Assembly: GCA_951406725.2 (NCBI GenBank) | Contig: OX597818.1 | Location: forward strand, 24,180,001-24,244,000 | DNA from: Octopus vulgaris | Taxonomy: Eukaryota | DNA: 64,000 nt | Direction: 5' to 3' | In this document: piece by piece, positions 13,517 through 27,975 of the stretch | Position numbering within the stretch: position 1 is the stretch's first letter | How the letters are laid out: each line of letters starts with the position of its first letter | Notes under the pieces: model-generated | Told to the model about the DNA's origin: nothing | The model's input: the letters and a program-made list of their open reading frames with translations, nothing else | Databases searched by the model: none | Made by a program: the position numbers and the translations under genes

Positions 13517-14399
13517 TACATACATACATATATATAAATATTTACATGTAATATAAGAGCAAGTAGTTATTACATTAGAATTTTTTCAGAGGACATTTCA
13601 TAGGAGGCAGTATCCTATACCACATGCCAGCAAAGGATGAACAAACTTGTTAAAAAATCTCAACCTGGCAATAAGTGGTTTGATATCTCACATTGATTCT
13701 ATATATCCTTGTTCATATTAGAGATCAGCGTAGGTGTATATGTAGTATTATTAGAAAAGCTTTGGCAAGGTAACCATCACATATAATGTGAGCTGCAATA
13801 ATAAGGAGGATCAGTATAAAATATATTTGGATTTTGAATTCTTCTCTTTAATAGCATGTGTTCTTTTATGTCTGGTATGTTACACACTGTGCACAAGTTT
13901 AGGCTGCAGAATTAAGAGGCAAATGTAAAGTTGGCTTTCCACAAACTAACTTAACTTGAAACAAATTATTTTTGCAGAATCTTCAATAAAAACATTTCCT
14001 TTCTTTTCTGTGGTGTTATGGCTAAGTGAAAAGCAGTCAAAGAATGTTGCTTGAGGATCCTAGTTCAGTCTTTGCAAGCTTTGAGGAGGCAACCTCTTTA
14101 ATGCTGGTGTCATGTTATAATGCATCCAATATACTCTATAAAGTGATTGGCAAATGAACAAAGACAACCCGGACTGAAGAGGGTTTCTTTCTTTTTCTAG
14201 AAAATTCGACTTTGAAGCAAACAAGTGGTTTTATGAACATATATTCATTTTAGTCTTTCATCAAAATTATCTACTTCAAAATTGAGAACAACCTGTCAAC
14301 CTATTTCTGAAGAAGAATTAAATGTCTTTCAAGAACCAGAGATTTCTTCCAGAGAGACAGAAATATTAAAACTTTGAAAACCATAAAACAGGAAAACAT

Positions 14400-15750
14400 A
14401 GCACAAACTATATCATCACAGTGTAGGTTTCATGGTGTTTGATAAAATATCAATGTCATGTAATTTTATCAGATGCCCTGTAGATAGAAATAGTTATATT
14501 GGATTCCCCATATTTGAATGAAAGATTCTTTAGAAGATTTAGGAAACATCGTTTGTTTATTCTGTAGATAAGAAAGCAGCTTCTTGCTTTTGTGGTTTAC
14601 TGTTTTTCTAATACTTGTTGCTTTTCATAAGAACATCACAATGGATCCAATCATTAGCATAGCACCCATGAAAAGGCAAAAAATTATTATTAATACTTTA
14701 CCGTATGGAAGGAAATGGAAAGAAATCTTTTAGAGTATAGAGGAAAAACACTGCCAGAACTTTAAGCTCAAATTGCATCAGAGAAATATAAATAAGATAA
14801 TTTCTACAGAATTTTTCATTCCTTTTGGCCACAATGAATCACAAGAAGAGGAAAGCAATTTTGGAAATTTTGGAGGTTTTTAAATTATTGGTGAACTTTG
14901 ATCCTGTCATAAAAGATCATCTGAGTAATGTGAAAAAGAACCCTGAAAAAATATCATATTTAATCTTCATTAGTGCAGAATAATTAATTTATTCAGCAGA
15001 TATGTTCTACTGTTGGAGTGAAACTGCTACATTGTAATTATAAGGTAAATACGTTTGATCTTATATTTGATTCTACTCCAGATCAAGTACATTGAGAACA
15101 AATTGAAAAAAAAAAGTAACAGTGTTTTTGTTGATATTGATTTAAAGAAGAAAGCAATTTTATACAAAGAGCTTTTTCTTGGAGATAAGAAATTAAAATA
15201 AAAGAATGCTGAAAACATGGAGGAATTAATTTTGGAACAATTTGTAAAAAAAAGGAAATGCCATTAAGAAACTGTTGGCCTCAGTGGTATGACAATACTG
15301 CCATTATGGCTGATTATAAAAGGGATGGTTGACAGAGGATTAATGTGAAAAATTGCAAAACCATTTTTGTAAATTGCAATAATCATTCTCTTAATTTGGT
15401 TAGAGTGCATGTCGCTAATCATGATATATTGATGGTAATGTTTTGCCATGCAATTCATCCACTTTATTTATTCTTTTCATGCTCAACCTCTTGTTGGCAA
15501 AAGCTGTAAGATGCCACACCGATAGTTATTAAATCTGAATCTGAAACTTGATTGAGTTCCAAAACAAAGACTATGAAGTCATTTCATGAATATTTTAATA
15601 TCTTAGTGGAACTAAACATGGCTGATGATCAAAATCAAACTGCTGAGTTTGTTTGGAATGAAATTTTTAATCAGAATGACTGTGTTCAAAATACCTCCAG
15701 GATCATTCTATGAACTTCCAAGCTGCTGCTTGTGATTTAAAATCCATCTT
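14400..15750 (+). pseudogene. hAT transposase remnant (DUF4371/ZMYM1-like type)
   Basis: Frameshifted motifs: GHNESQEEESNFGNF, KLLVNFDPVIKDHL, ISYL, FDSTPDQVH*EQ, QWYDNTAIMADYKG, FVNCNNHSLNLV (CxxH), KSESET*LSSK. Confidence 0.75.
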
Positions 15751-18156
15751 AATTTCCAGGAATAAAAAATATACATGTTACAATATTAATTTTGTCATTA
15801 CATAAATTTACCAAGAATTTTATGTTATCTATTTAACTCACTAGGTTTATTGATGAAAAGTCATTAACTATTGGGTTAACCATTTTCTAAGATGGTTTGT
15901 TGTCATTTCTTCTAACTCACTACCTTTAGTTGGTTATTCATATTTTCTCAAGTATAGCCAATAATTCAACTAGGACCGACTTTAGAGTGATGATGTTATT
16001 CTTTCTACTCAAAACTTATCTTCTTTTATTTCTCTTTGCATGATCCTTTATCTAGTAAAGTCTCAGCTCAGTGTAAAGTTTACTTTTGTTATATATGTCT
16101 CCATATAATAGATTGAAGGAAGTATTACAGATATAGGGATTTGCTGGAATATAAGCAATTTCTTCATTTTTTTTTGCCAACAAGTGCTGAATTGATATAA
16201 CGCTCACTTTGGTATACAGTATACTTAGTAAAACCAGTAAAGACACAACAATCTCTTGACCACCTACTGTGTACTCTGGTACTTCATGTATTTCTCTAGG
16301 TTATTCTATTTGTCATGTGGGAGGGGTGTACCATTATTACTAATTCCCTACAACAGTAAGCTGATAGTTTGATGGCTTATATTTTGCCACCAGTGCATTA
16401 CTGTACCCGTGGTTAGCTCTCTTAAACATCAGATACTCCAGTCTATGTAGCTGTAATAAAAGCTGCATAGTAGGAGCAAAATTTCAGTCTAAATAGTGGT
16501 AGTATTGTGAATTTCACAAGGATTTTGTTAGCTTGCAGAATCAAGCTAAATTTCCCCAGTGATTATATCTTGTAAAATAATGGACTCCATCAGGTGGATT
16601 TATTCTTGATTCACTATATGAAGACACACTTGAGTAGTGTCTGTTGTGAACCAATAAGCATTAGTATTAATAGTACTAATATTGTAGACCTCTGTTCTGG
16701 AATAACATAAGTATCCAGATGGCAGAAAACTTAGTCAATAATAGTGAACAGTACTTTTGAAAGTAAGTGTAGATTTAAAGACTAGGAAACCATGTAAAAA
16801 AACACAACAACTCAACACTAAAATTAGTCAAATGAAAAACTATGTAGAAATACTTGAAATGTTTAAATATTGAAAGATTAGAGCAACTAAAGCACATGAT
16901 GATGATCAATATGATCATAGTGGTGGTGCAGTGGATAATCATTGAGGGTTTTTAAAATATAAATATAATTTCATGTTAAATGTACAAAGTAAACTTCCCA
17001 AATACACATTTCAGTATCTGCATGTTTTTATTTTTATCTGACTACTCACTCATAGGAATTTCAATAAATAAAACAAGAAATTTGAAATAATAATCTATAC
17101 ATTGTGAGCCCAAGAGTTAATTCACATAATAAAGGCTTTTAGACTTTCATTGCATTAAAATAGAACTATTTTTTTTGTATTTTTATTTGCATTTTGTTAT
17201 TTTTGTAAGAATTTTATAATTTTTTTCTTATATGAACTATATTTTAAATGACTGAGAATCAGAATGCGTAGGTGTCTGCATGATAAGTGTTTACAAGTGA
17301 TTTATATATGTGTATTAGAAATGTGTCAATAAGAATTTAAAATTTATAACCATATAACAATAATCCCTTTTTACACACATTCCACTTTCTGATATTGCTT
17401 GAAGGACATTACTCAAAAGAAAGGTATCAATTAGTGTTAGCACTTGAGTCGATCGTTATAAAGAAAATAGATCATGAAACAAAAATGAATAAACTAAATA
17501 ATTCCCTGAAACAGTTGTGGTTTTGGGTATACTTTTTAACAATTAGAATTATTGGAAACATGATTCTGTTTATTGTCAAATTAAAAACAGAGATTTCAAT
17601 CCTTGTTGTTCATTTTTTAAACTCCAGAAATAACCCATTCATACACATTTAGCAACATGAATTCTATTGTTCACCATTTTTATATTCATGATAGCATGTC
17701 AAATTTAAATGGCAAAAAGGCTACTTTTGAATAATTAACTTTTGAAAATAAAATTAGACTACTTGTTGAATATTGTATTTTTCTTTGGCCTTGCTTTATT
17801 TCCATCATAGTCTAATAAGGCTAAAGGTTTTGAAAACTAATTAAGTGCAAAGTGAGTGGGTATTAAAAAGACATATGTATGAGAGAATAAAGCAATATCA
17901 GGTTTTACAATAATATGACAATATCAGTAAAAACTACAAATACCAAAGTTGTTTTGATATTAATTTATTACATTAGCTCAATGCTAAAGATGTATGGTCG
18001 ATTGAATCAATCCCAGTTCATAATTAGTGGATATTTTATCATCTATGAAAGGAAAAGTCATCTCTTGTACTATTTGGAATCATGATGCAGAAGGATAAAA
18101 CAAATTAGTAAATTATTTAATCTAGCACTATTTCTGCCAACTGCATTTGAGTTTGT

Positions 18157-18520
18157 ATTGGGTTGGCCAAAAAGTTTGTTCAGTTTTTGAAGCAAAAATG
18201 AGATACAAGTTTGAGATACAAAATGATTTATTCAATCAATAATATAATTACTGTTTCATTCCAGTATCTGCTGCCACCTTGTGGGCAGAGTTGTAATCCT
18301 CTACTCAAAGAATTTCCTGTTTTTACTGACAAAAAGATCTTCTAAGTGAATTTTAACATCCTCTTCAGAATTGAAGGTTTGTCCATTCAATGAACTTTGA
18401 AGAGACTGAAATAGATGGAAATCTGAAGTTGCAAGGTCAGGTGAATGTGGGTGGTGCAGCAAAAAATTCCCAGTAACTTCTGGCATGTCTGTGGTTTGGC
18501 ATTACCAAGGTGAACGTCTG
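18157..18520 (-). mobile_element. Mariner transposon 3' fragment with TIR
   Basis: HHPHSPDLATSDFHLFQSLQSSLNGQTF (YSPDLAPSD motif). TA-TTGGGTTGGCCAAAAAG is TIR-like at about 18157. Confidence 0.85.
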
Positions 18521-19339
18521 TCCTTATGGTTAGCAAGTTCTTCTATAGCATTTCCCTGTTAACACAATTAGACAGATGTCTAATTGTGATCAGTGGTGAT
18601 GTTTGTTGTATTTTTTGTTGGAGATATTAAAGAGAAAAAAATTGAGCCAGTTATGTATGCATTGGAGTAAAATCCAGTAAATGAATGCAATGAATGTGAA
18701 TGAGTGATTTGTATAAGTTATGTATACTTAGATATAAAAATTAATACATGTGTTTTATAAATTTTTCACTGTCAGCAGGATTGTAGACTCTTCAGGCTTT
18801 GCATGAAAGTAAGGAAAAATGAAAAACTGTTTTTGTAACATGTGTAAGTAAACATTTTATTAAATTCTTTTATTGACTAACAGTTGTTCATGTAAATCAG
18901 CATCACTTTCCTTGAATGACAAATTCTTATTCTATCAAAGCTATGCATAATTTTATGCAAAAATAATAACTGTACTGTTTTGTGAATATAACTCAATGTT
19001 ATGATATCAGGTATAAAGAATAAATTTTTTGAGATGGCATAAGAGAGTACTTGGACCAAAAAGCAAACCAAAACAGTAATATTACTCTGTTGAAACAATA
19101 ATGTCTTTAAAAATATTATATGAAGAAGCATAGGAAAATATATACTCGTTGTTGTTTAACTTCAGGTAAGCCCCAATTAACTTATAATCAACCTTGACTA
19201 TCTAATCATAGTTTTTTTAGGATTACATTTTCTATGTCTATTGTTAAAACAGTGAAGTGTGATTTGAGGCAGGTTTGGCTATTATATCTAGGAGGTTAAA
19301 GTACTGGTACCTCTAAATAATTGCTTCATCTATTACAAA

Positions 19340-19655
19340 TAACTGGCACTCTGCTGGTTACGACGATGAGGGTGCCAGTTGATCTGATCAATGGAACAGC
19401 CTGCTTGTGAAATTAACATGCAAATGGTTGAGCACTCCACAGACATGTAGTTCTCAGGGAGATCCAGCAGGACATAGAGTGTGACAAGGCTTGCTTTTTG
19501 AAATACAAGTATTACTCATTTTTACCAGCTGAGTGTGGACTAGAGCAATGTGAAATAAAGTGTCTTGTTCAAAGACCCACTGTACCACCAGGAATCAAAT
19601 TCACAACCTTATGATCAGGAACTGAATACCCTTTCTACTAAGCCATGCACCTTCA
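19340..19655 (-). mobile_element. tRNA-derived SINE
   Basis: The minus-strand head has a B-box-like gtgaatttgattcc near 19590-19610. The body is related to fragments near 49255-49310. Confidence 0.55.
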
Positions 19656-20375
19656 CAAATAGCAGATAAATTCCAACAATCTCTCTCTTTAAATAAAACT
19701 CCATATTGTATAATGTTGTCCAGGGTACATTATTCTTGAAAATGAAAAAAACAAAACAAAACAATAACAACAAAATAGTCATGGTTTGAAAGCCTTTAAA
19801 TACAGGTGTACTCAATCAGGGAATACTTAGGGTTAAAGAGCAACACCAACTAGCAACAGACAAACTGCCTTACTAACTGAAGAAATGTATAGGTGTTCCT
19901 CTCTGTATAAATCATATACATTACATTTAAAAAATATTAAAATAATAGTGTAGATGATCATAATCATTGTAAGCACTAATTTGAGACAGAAAATGAGCAA
20001 AGCCCACTTTTCATCACAAACTTTGAACATCGTATGTTGGACATTTGTAGAATGGTCTATTCAGCTGCTATTTTGGTGATTGAAGAATTATGAAATGAAT
20101 TATCTATGAAACAGATGAGAGAACTTGTGAAAATAAAACAGCACAGTTAAACAGAAGTAGCAGAAAAAGTAATTTATGGTACTTAATTTGGGAACTAGAA
20201 TGATAGTCAGTTTGCGTTGTAATCAGTAACATAATAATTTGGCAAGGAATAAAGATATGTTTGTGTCACATCAACGGCAATATTGCTCTTCTTCTGACTC
20301 AGATTGGTATATATAATATCTGATATCATTTATATTAAAACCTTAACTGTTAGTGGTATTGTATGCTCATTACTG

Positions 20376-20432
20376 TTTTTTATATAAATAAAAGGTTTTT
20401 ATATAAATAAAAAGTTTTTATATAAATAAAAA
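20376..20432. repeat. Three copies of a 19-bp AT-rich unit (TTTTATATAAATAAAAAGG)
   Basis: Seen directly. Confidence 0.85.
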
Positions 20433-21528
20433 AATTTCAGCTGTGTCCCAGAAAAAGCAATAATTTTTATAAATGTAACTTATAATAAAGTCTATCTTAT
20501 ATTAAAACTATTCATTTACTTTGAGACCTTTAACCCTCCCAATCCTTGTGAGCTTTATTCATTTTTAAGGGCAAGAGAAACCCCATGCCTAGGACTACAA
20601 ATAATGAACACATGTACAACTGGTATATACAATGTATATTTTGGAAAACTGTCACAACCATAGCTATGACAAAGAGGAAGTAAGAATAAACAAGAAACAA
20701 GACTAACAGCTATGAATCTGTTAATCAAATAAATGCTGGATGTTAGAAATAGCTTTAGGGAAAACAAAAAAGAATCTTGATTTAATGACTTTTGAATTTA
20801 ATTATTTGGTCATTATATCCATCTACACATATGAGAACAATCATCTTTGTTTCTTTGTTTTTCAGTTCAATTATTGAAAATTAAGAATGAAGTTCACACA
20901 CATGCACACACACATGCATGCACGCACGCACGCACGTGCGGGTGCAAAGAATAAAAGACAAAACAAAAAAACCTAATAACTTTACATTTGTTCAGTGACA
21001 ATAGATATGCATATCAACCATTCAATTTCTGCTTCATAAATTCATTTCTTTGTAAGATGATCCATACTATTATTTAGGAATGATGAATATATGAAAGCTG
21101 GGTGAAATTTCACTGATTACTTTAGATAGCTGATATAACTTAATCAATCTTACTTTCATATATATTTTTCATCATTTGTTCTAAATACTTCAAAGAACTG
21201 ATCATTCAAATAACATTGATGCTAATTCAATGTCCCTTGGTGGGCACATCTTCCAGAGGAAAGCTGGAGTTACAGAAATAAGATACTCCAAGGCCTGGTC
21301 AGCAAAAAGTTTTATTAAATTCTTTCTCAAATATTCTTTTGAAATATAATCATAACAGAAAATTAATCCATGTCATCAATCAAGTGAAGGTGACAGTAAA
21401 AATATTAAGTTTCTGAAACCAGACGGCATTTCTGGAGTTGATGTTGACTATGAAAAATGTACTCCTAGATGATAAAATAAAAATTGTGTGGATAAACAGA
21501 ATATAGATAATCATATTCTAAAAATGTG

Positions 21529-21572
<44 letters not shown>

Positions 21573-22815
21573 TGACATATCTATGTATACTTATAAAATA
21601 TTCTTTTTTTGTACATCACCAGTAAGTGATACCTTATTCAAGAACTTAAAAAGACAAAAAAGCAAGTTTAACAGTGAGGTTAAATGTATCCAGCTTGTAT
21701 ACTAGACAATTTAGCATGAGTGACAGATAAAAATAAAGACAAATTACACAAAGAAAAAAAATTTGCTACATCTATCAAATGATATATATTCTCATCAAAT
21801 ACGTGTAAAAAATTATGGTTTCCAAAGTCTTAGTAGTAAATTATAGTGGTGAACAAATAGAAAAAATAGAAGCGAAAATAGAGAAAGAAAATAGGCTAAT
21901 TATATTTTAGGTTATTATCAATACAAATATTCTCCTGAAAACATCATCCTTTATTAGACTAATTAAGGTTCTAGGAATTCATATGGAATTTTTTAATGCA
22001 ACCTTCTCAGGAAGCTGATGTCGTATAACTTTAATTGAAGCTGACATGTTTGTAACTTAAATGGCCTAATGTCAACTGTGTATTGGTATAGAACTAGTTT
22101 GTGTATCATTTCTTTCAGAAAAACAACTGTTTATTCAATTCCAGGAAATAAGAGACAGGAATTGTAGAATATTTAGTATTTAAGTAATAAAAACATGTAA
22201 TTGGAGAACATATGGCAGAACCTCATTGATGGGAAATGTCAGTCCGATGCTAACATTTCTGGTGGAGTGAATATGCAATTCAAAGAAACAGGGAAGTCCA
22301 GAAGTTGTGCTAACATAAAATATTCAATTATACACACTATATGCAGTATAGTTGTTCATGCAAGAGATAGGGTTGAATATTTTACAAAAGATAGAAACTA
22401 GAATAGATATACTTTCATAGCCTAAGCTTCATTTTAAGAAAAATGTTTGCTAAAAAGAAACCAGAGAAACTGAGAAGTTAAATATGTAAAAAGGTCAAGA
22501 TGCAATTTGAAAGATTTACTGAGAGAAGCAAAAGTAGCCAACTGTATGTTAGTGGGACCTCTAATAAAACCATTTGGGTTGAACAATGGATGTGATGAAA
22601 AATAGCAGATGTGTGTTTGTTAGAGGTAAAAATACATTGGTTGATAAATTTATATCTTATTAGTGGACTTTTGCTTTTTTGATGATCTGTTTGCCATCAT
22701 TTGCAAAAACAACGAATAAATTGGCTAACATTAATGGATAAGGCCTACAGCTCTTGCAGCTTTTGTTACTTGGAGTCATTTTAAATGAATGTCTTTTTAG
22801 TGAATTCTACAACTT

Positions 22816-24426
22816 TGTGGAATGAAAAATGAATTACTTGATATATTATATGATGGGCTGGTGCTTTGATTTACTTAAGCCTGAAGCATTATTTGTCAAA
22901 TAAAGTCTTTGGTATATGGAACTTTTATCATTAATTCTTATGACAATTTATTTAATAAATCAAATATAAACACAATTTTATAGCTATAAAGACTCAATGC
23001 AATTCCTTCTCAACTGGTGTCAGCCACTTTGGAATTTCTGATTATATACATTCGAAAATTCCATGAGCTTGACAGATTATATGCCTTCATATCTCACAAA
23101 GTATTTGGTTTCAACACAGATCGTGACAATTACAAGGATGTGATAAATTGTTTGACGGATATCAATGTTAAAGGGTATCTATACTATAATTGCTTAAAGA
23201 ATATCAATATTAAACTGGTGAATGAGGGTTTTGTTAAAACTGTTGAATGTGCTCTGAACTAAAGCTTAAATTTACAATCCTATGCATAAACATCTTGTAA
23301 AGGCTATGGAGCTTATTTCATTGGATTTTGTGGAAGCTAAACAGTTGGTATCTCAAAACAAATACCTTTTAGTGGCAGTTGATGATTAATCACATTACTT
23401 GTTACAAAAAGCTATTTTCTCTAGCCAGAACTTCCAGTACTGTCAACACTGATAAAGAAACTCAGTTCATGTCTATGAAAGTGTGAAATTTCCTAAAACA
23501 AGGAAATGTACAAAGCAGCATCCTGCTCTTACAACCACAGAGAAAATAGACCAAGAGAAAAATTGATCAGATTGTACAGAAGTCAGTAATGTTATATTTA
23601 AAGCCATAAGATCCTTCAGAATCTTGTTGGAAAGTTGTGCTTTTTGAAATACTTTATTCACAATTAGATGTTGACTCTCAACAGTTAACTGATGAAATTC
23701 ATGATTGTCTCTTTCTTTTTAGACACCATTCTTCAGACTGCATCCCAACCTTCTTGTTTAATTTCTTTTAGCCATGTCCTTATAAAAAAATCATGCATGC
23801 ATGCATATGCAAAAGTGACCCCTTAGAAGAGGAAGTTTAAACAACTGTCATATAATAACAAGTTTGACTTTGTTTGGAAAAAGTAGTTCAATAGTAACAC
23901 TCCATTATTTGTCATGATGCCCAACATCTTCAGATAAAATACTCAAGTGCATAGAGTTGGACTTACCAATTGCTAAGTCATTTCCAGATCCTAATAACAC
24001 CCTGGTCCTCATCTTTTAGTCCATCATAATATTATTTTTTAAGAGGAAGACTCTTTGACTGGCAGAGATGGAAAAATCATTTTACTTTGCCTTCTCAAGT
24101 TTATTGCTCTTATTGATGAACCTTGTTATCGATAGAAAGCTAACAAATCACCTGAAAGACTTAATTTGTAATTTTTTAATTGTGTTAAATTGTATTAGTA
24201 CAAAAATCTATTCCAACTATAACTGTTAACTCTTGCTGCTTTTAAAATGCCATAGTTTATCGTTTTCCTTAAGGGAGGGTGAATTTTGTGATCCTGGGTT
24301 TCTATAACAATGTAAATTATGATGGGTGACTACTTTCCTTTACTGATGCTAGATACTCTGTTATAGCATTATTCTTTGAATAAAGTCTTTGGTATATGTA
24401 TCTCTTATAGATATGTTTTTATGACA
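22816..24426 (+). mobile_element. Internally deleted Gypsy-type LTR retrotransposon remnant
   Basis: Integrase-like KAMELISLDFVEAKQLVSQNKYLLVAVDD*SHY at about 23300-23400. Diverged direct repeats at about 22816-22945 and 24287-24426 share AATAAAGTCTTTGGTATATG and end ATGACA. A purine tract AAGGGAGGG at 24271-24279 precedes the right repeat. Confidence 0.6.
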
Positions 24427-25659
24427 ATGGTGTAAGAGGTGTTTCAATTGGATGGTATTAGCTGTAGAAAATGGTTTTTCACCTTGGATAAACAGGATAC
24501 TTCATGCAAAGATCAAATCAACTGGCTGGTTTAAATCATCAGGGTATAGAGGGTGCTACATTCTATAACATTTTGGTGGTATGGTAATCAAAGTAATTGA
24601 ATGTGAGTTGAGAAAAGTGATGATAAAGCTTAAGTTAGGAAATAAGAATCTAATCAACAATATGAGTAGCATAGTTAAAGTGTATTGCTGGAATATCAAA
24701 GACATTCCAGTTGTGACTATCTCATCTTTTTTTTTTAACTGTATCTATAATTACATTATTCAGTGTCCTGTTTTAAAATACTACTAGTTTGAGTTGAATA
24801 GGATTTGGCTATTATTTCCAGCAGAGAGATTGACTATATAGAAGCTTTTTCTGACAAGAGTTAGAAAACTCGATTGGCATCACTGTTGCCTCTAAACTGT
24901 GCACTTTAGCCTTGGGCTGACCAATACATTTTGAGTGATATTAGATAGGTAGACACTATGTGGAGGCCTGTCATACTATATATGTGTGTGTGTGTGTGTG
25001 TGCATGCACGTATTAATTGTTTTTGATGATGCAGTTAAAGCTATGAATATTGGAATAAAAAAAACCCCTTTGGATGGAAAAAATCAAAGGTTGCTTGTGA
25101 GATCTGAACTCGTGTCTGGTGTGAACATGACTGATATTTTATCATTGTACCAAAGCAACCCTTTGAATTTCTCCATTAACCTAGAAACTTTGTGAGAACT
25201 GTATGTTGGTGACATCATACCATAAGAATTTAGAAACTTCAAAAGATGTGAAATGAGTAATTTTTAATGGTAAACTTGTTCCATCCAAAGAGTTTCTTCA
25301 AACCAATACTTAAATACTTTTATTTATAGCTTTAGCGACATTGAATTCTTCAATTAAAAATGATTAATTTTATATCTCTTGAAGTTTCTAAAACCTTATG
25401 ACATAAACAACAACAACAACAACAACACACACACACACACAGTTCAAAATTATACAAAAAACAAAAAAGAGACAGGTGAAGGAACAACAAACAGGGTGTT
25501 ATCTATATATAAAAATGTTTGAGCTTGGCAACAAAAAGAGACAGTACTAAGTATGTGCTGCAGTAGATAATTGATGCTTTGGAATGCATTCTATGTGGTT
25601 TGCATTTTGGTGTCTCTAGACTGTGAATCTCTCTCCTGAGTTAATTTGGTTAGTTATTT

Positions 25660-25860
25660 AATCTGGTTCAAATTTTCTACCTGTTTTATGCTCAAACTAG
25701 TCACATCTGGCCTCTCACATCTACCCTACTATGTTATTCTAAAAATAAGCAATCACATTATTGAAATCTCAAAGATATGAGACAATGCATGGTTAATTCA
25801 AAACAGTGTGAATAAATAAGTATTACAGTTGACAGCATAATCTGAATGCTAAAGGGTTAA
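25660..25860. mobile_element. piggyBac-like (TTAA/CCCT) MITE family copy; others at about 54158-54385 and 63570-63792
   Basis: Ends ...aatgctaaagggTTAA. The other copies begin TTAAccctt(t)a and share the internal sequence. Confidence 0.7.
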
Positions 25861-26186
25861 ATATTTTTTCATAATTTGAGTTTCACGATAATTTTTTAGA
25901 CGTAGTGTAGATATCATGCTCATTGGGTCTTTTCTAAAATTATCATATATATTTTTTTAGTTATCTTTAATGAAGGTGTTGTCTGTGGCGAAAATTTTTG
26001 TTGGTCTGTTTTCAAAATTGTTTTGTTACTTTTGGGGCTTTCACCATGGTTTTCATTGCATATATACATGCACATGTTGAATGTTATTGTGAATATATAT
26101 CTATGTATGTATATATATGTATGTATACACACATATACACACCACATACACAGAAGCACCTCCACATGTGTGCATATGAGTGCTTC

Positions 26187-27975
26187 TCATCATTATCGTC
26201 GTTTAACATCCACTTTCCATGCTGGCATGGGTTGGATGGTTTGACTGAGAACTGGCTAGCCAGGAGGCTGCACCAGGCTCCAATCTGATTTGGCAAGATT
26301 TCTACAGCTGAATGCACTTCCTAATGCCAATCACTCTGGGAGTGTAGTGGGTGCTTTTTACATGACACCAACCCAGGAGCCAGTCAGGCAGCACTGGTCT
26401 CAACCATGTTCGAATGGTGTTTTTTATGTGCCACCAGCACAAATGCTGGTTAGGGCAGCACAGGCATCAGCCACGACTATGATTTCACTCAGTTCAACAG
26501 GTCTTCACAAGCATGGCATATCGCCCAATGATTGAAAGGTGCTTTTTAATGAGCTAGTTATGTGAAATTGGCATTGGCCATGACTACAATCTCACTTGGC
26601 TTGTTGGGTCTTCTCAGGTATGGCATTTCTCCAAAGGTCTTACTTGCTTGTCATTGCCTCTGTGAGGCCCAACATTTGAAGGTCATGCTTCACCACCTCA
26701 TCTCATGTCTTCCTGAGTCTACCTCTTCCATAGATTCCCTCTAATGTTAGGGTGTGACACTTCTTCACACAGCTGTCCTCATCCACATCACATGACCATA
26801 CCAGCCCAGTCATCTCTCTTGCACACCACATCTAATACTTCTTATGTCCAACTTTTCTCTCAGGGAGCTTACATTCTGTTGTGTATGCACACTGACATTA
26901 CACATCCAGCAGAGCATACTAGCTTGATTTCTTTCAAGCCTACACATGTCCTCAGCAGTCACAGCCCATGTTTCATTATCATGTAGCATGGCTGTTCACA
27001 CACTAGGTGTCATACAGTCTACCTTTCACTCTGAGTGAGAGGCCCTTTGTTACCAGCAGAGGTAGGAGCTTTCTGAACTTTGCCCAGCCTGTTCTTATTC
27101 TAGCAGCTATGCTCTCAGAGCATTCATCCCTACTACTGACTTGGTCACCTAGGTAATGGAAGCTGTCAACTACTTCTAGTTTTTCCCCCTGGCATGTGAT
27201 GGAATCTGTTTTCTGTACATTTTTGGTGTTTATTACCTGTGCATCTGCCACATACAAAAACTATCTTCCCAGTTAACCTTCCTTTGATATAGCTGCACCT
27301 TTTAAGTCTCCATAGCTTACACTGGGTACAGCATATGAAGTTTTTACCTACACCTTTTCTACAGACTGAGCTGGGCCATCTACCTGAAGGGAGTTGTGAT
27401 TTGTCTGCCTTCCTACTTACTACAACTTTGGTTTTTGCTAGGTTAATTCTAAGGCTCTTAGATTCTAGACCTTGCTTCCACACCTGAAACTTCTCTAGTT
27501 CTGGTAGTAACTCTGTTATTAGAGCAAGGTCATCAATATAGAGGAGCAGCCTGTCTTGAATTTCTGTTATCTGGAAGACTATGATGAACAAGAGGGGGTT
27601 GAGAAGTGATCCTTGATGAACCCCCTACTTCTACCCAGAATTCTTTGTTATACTTGTTGCCAGCCCTCACCTTACTGACAGCATCCCTGCACATGGCTTG
27701 TACAGCTCTCACCAACCACTCCTCTATCCCCAGTTTCTACATTGATAAGGGATCGGGGGGACCCTGTCAAAAGCTTTCTCCATGTCAACAAAAGCCAAGT
27801 ACAGAGGTTTATCTTTGGCTAGGAATTTCTCCAGTAGCTGTCTTACCAGAAATATAGCATCAGTGGTACTTCTCTCTGACACAAACCCAAACTGCATCTC
27901 ATCTAAACTAACTCTCACCCCAATTAGTTGGGCTATGACCCTCTCTGTGACTTTCATCACCTGCTCCAGTGTTTC
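26187..27975 (-). mobile_element. RTE-clade LINE, 5'-truncated, with RT, 3' UTR and (GAT)-type tail
   Basis: QFGFVSERSTTDAIF, AFVDMEKAFDRVP, LLYIDDLALI, FHYLGDQV, ARIRTGWAKFRKLLPLL. Confidence 0.9.
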
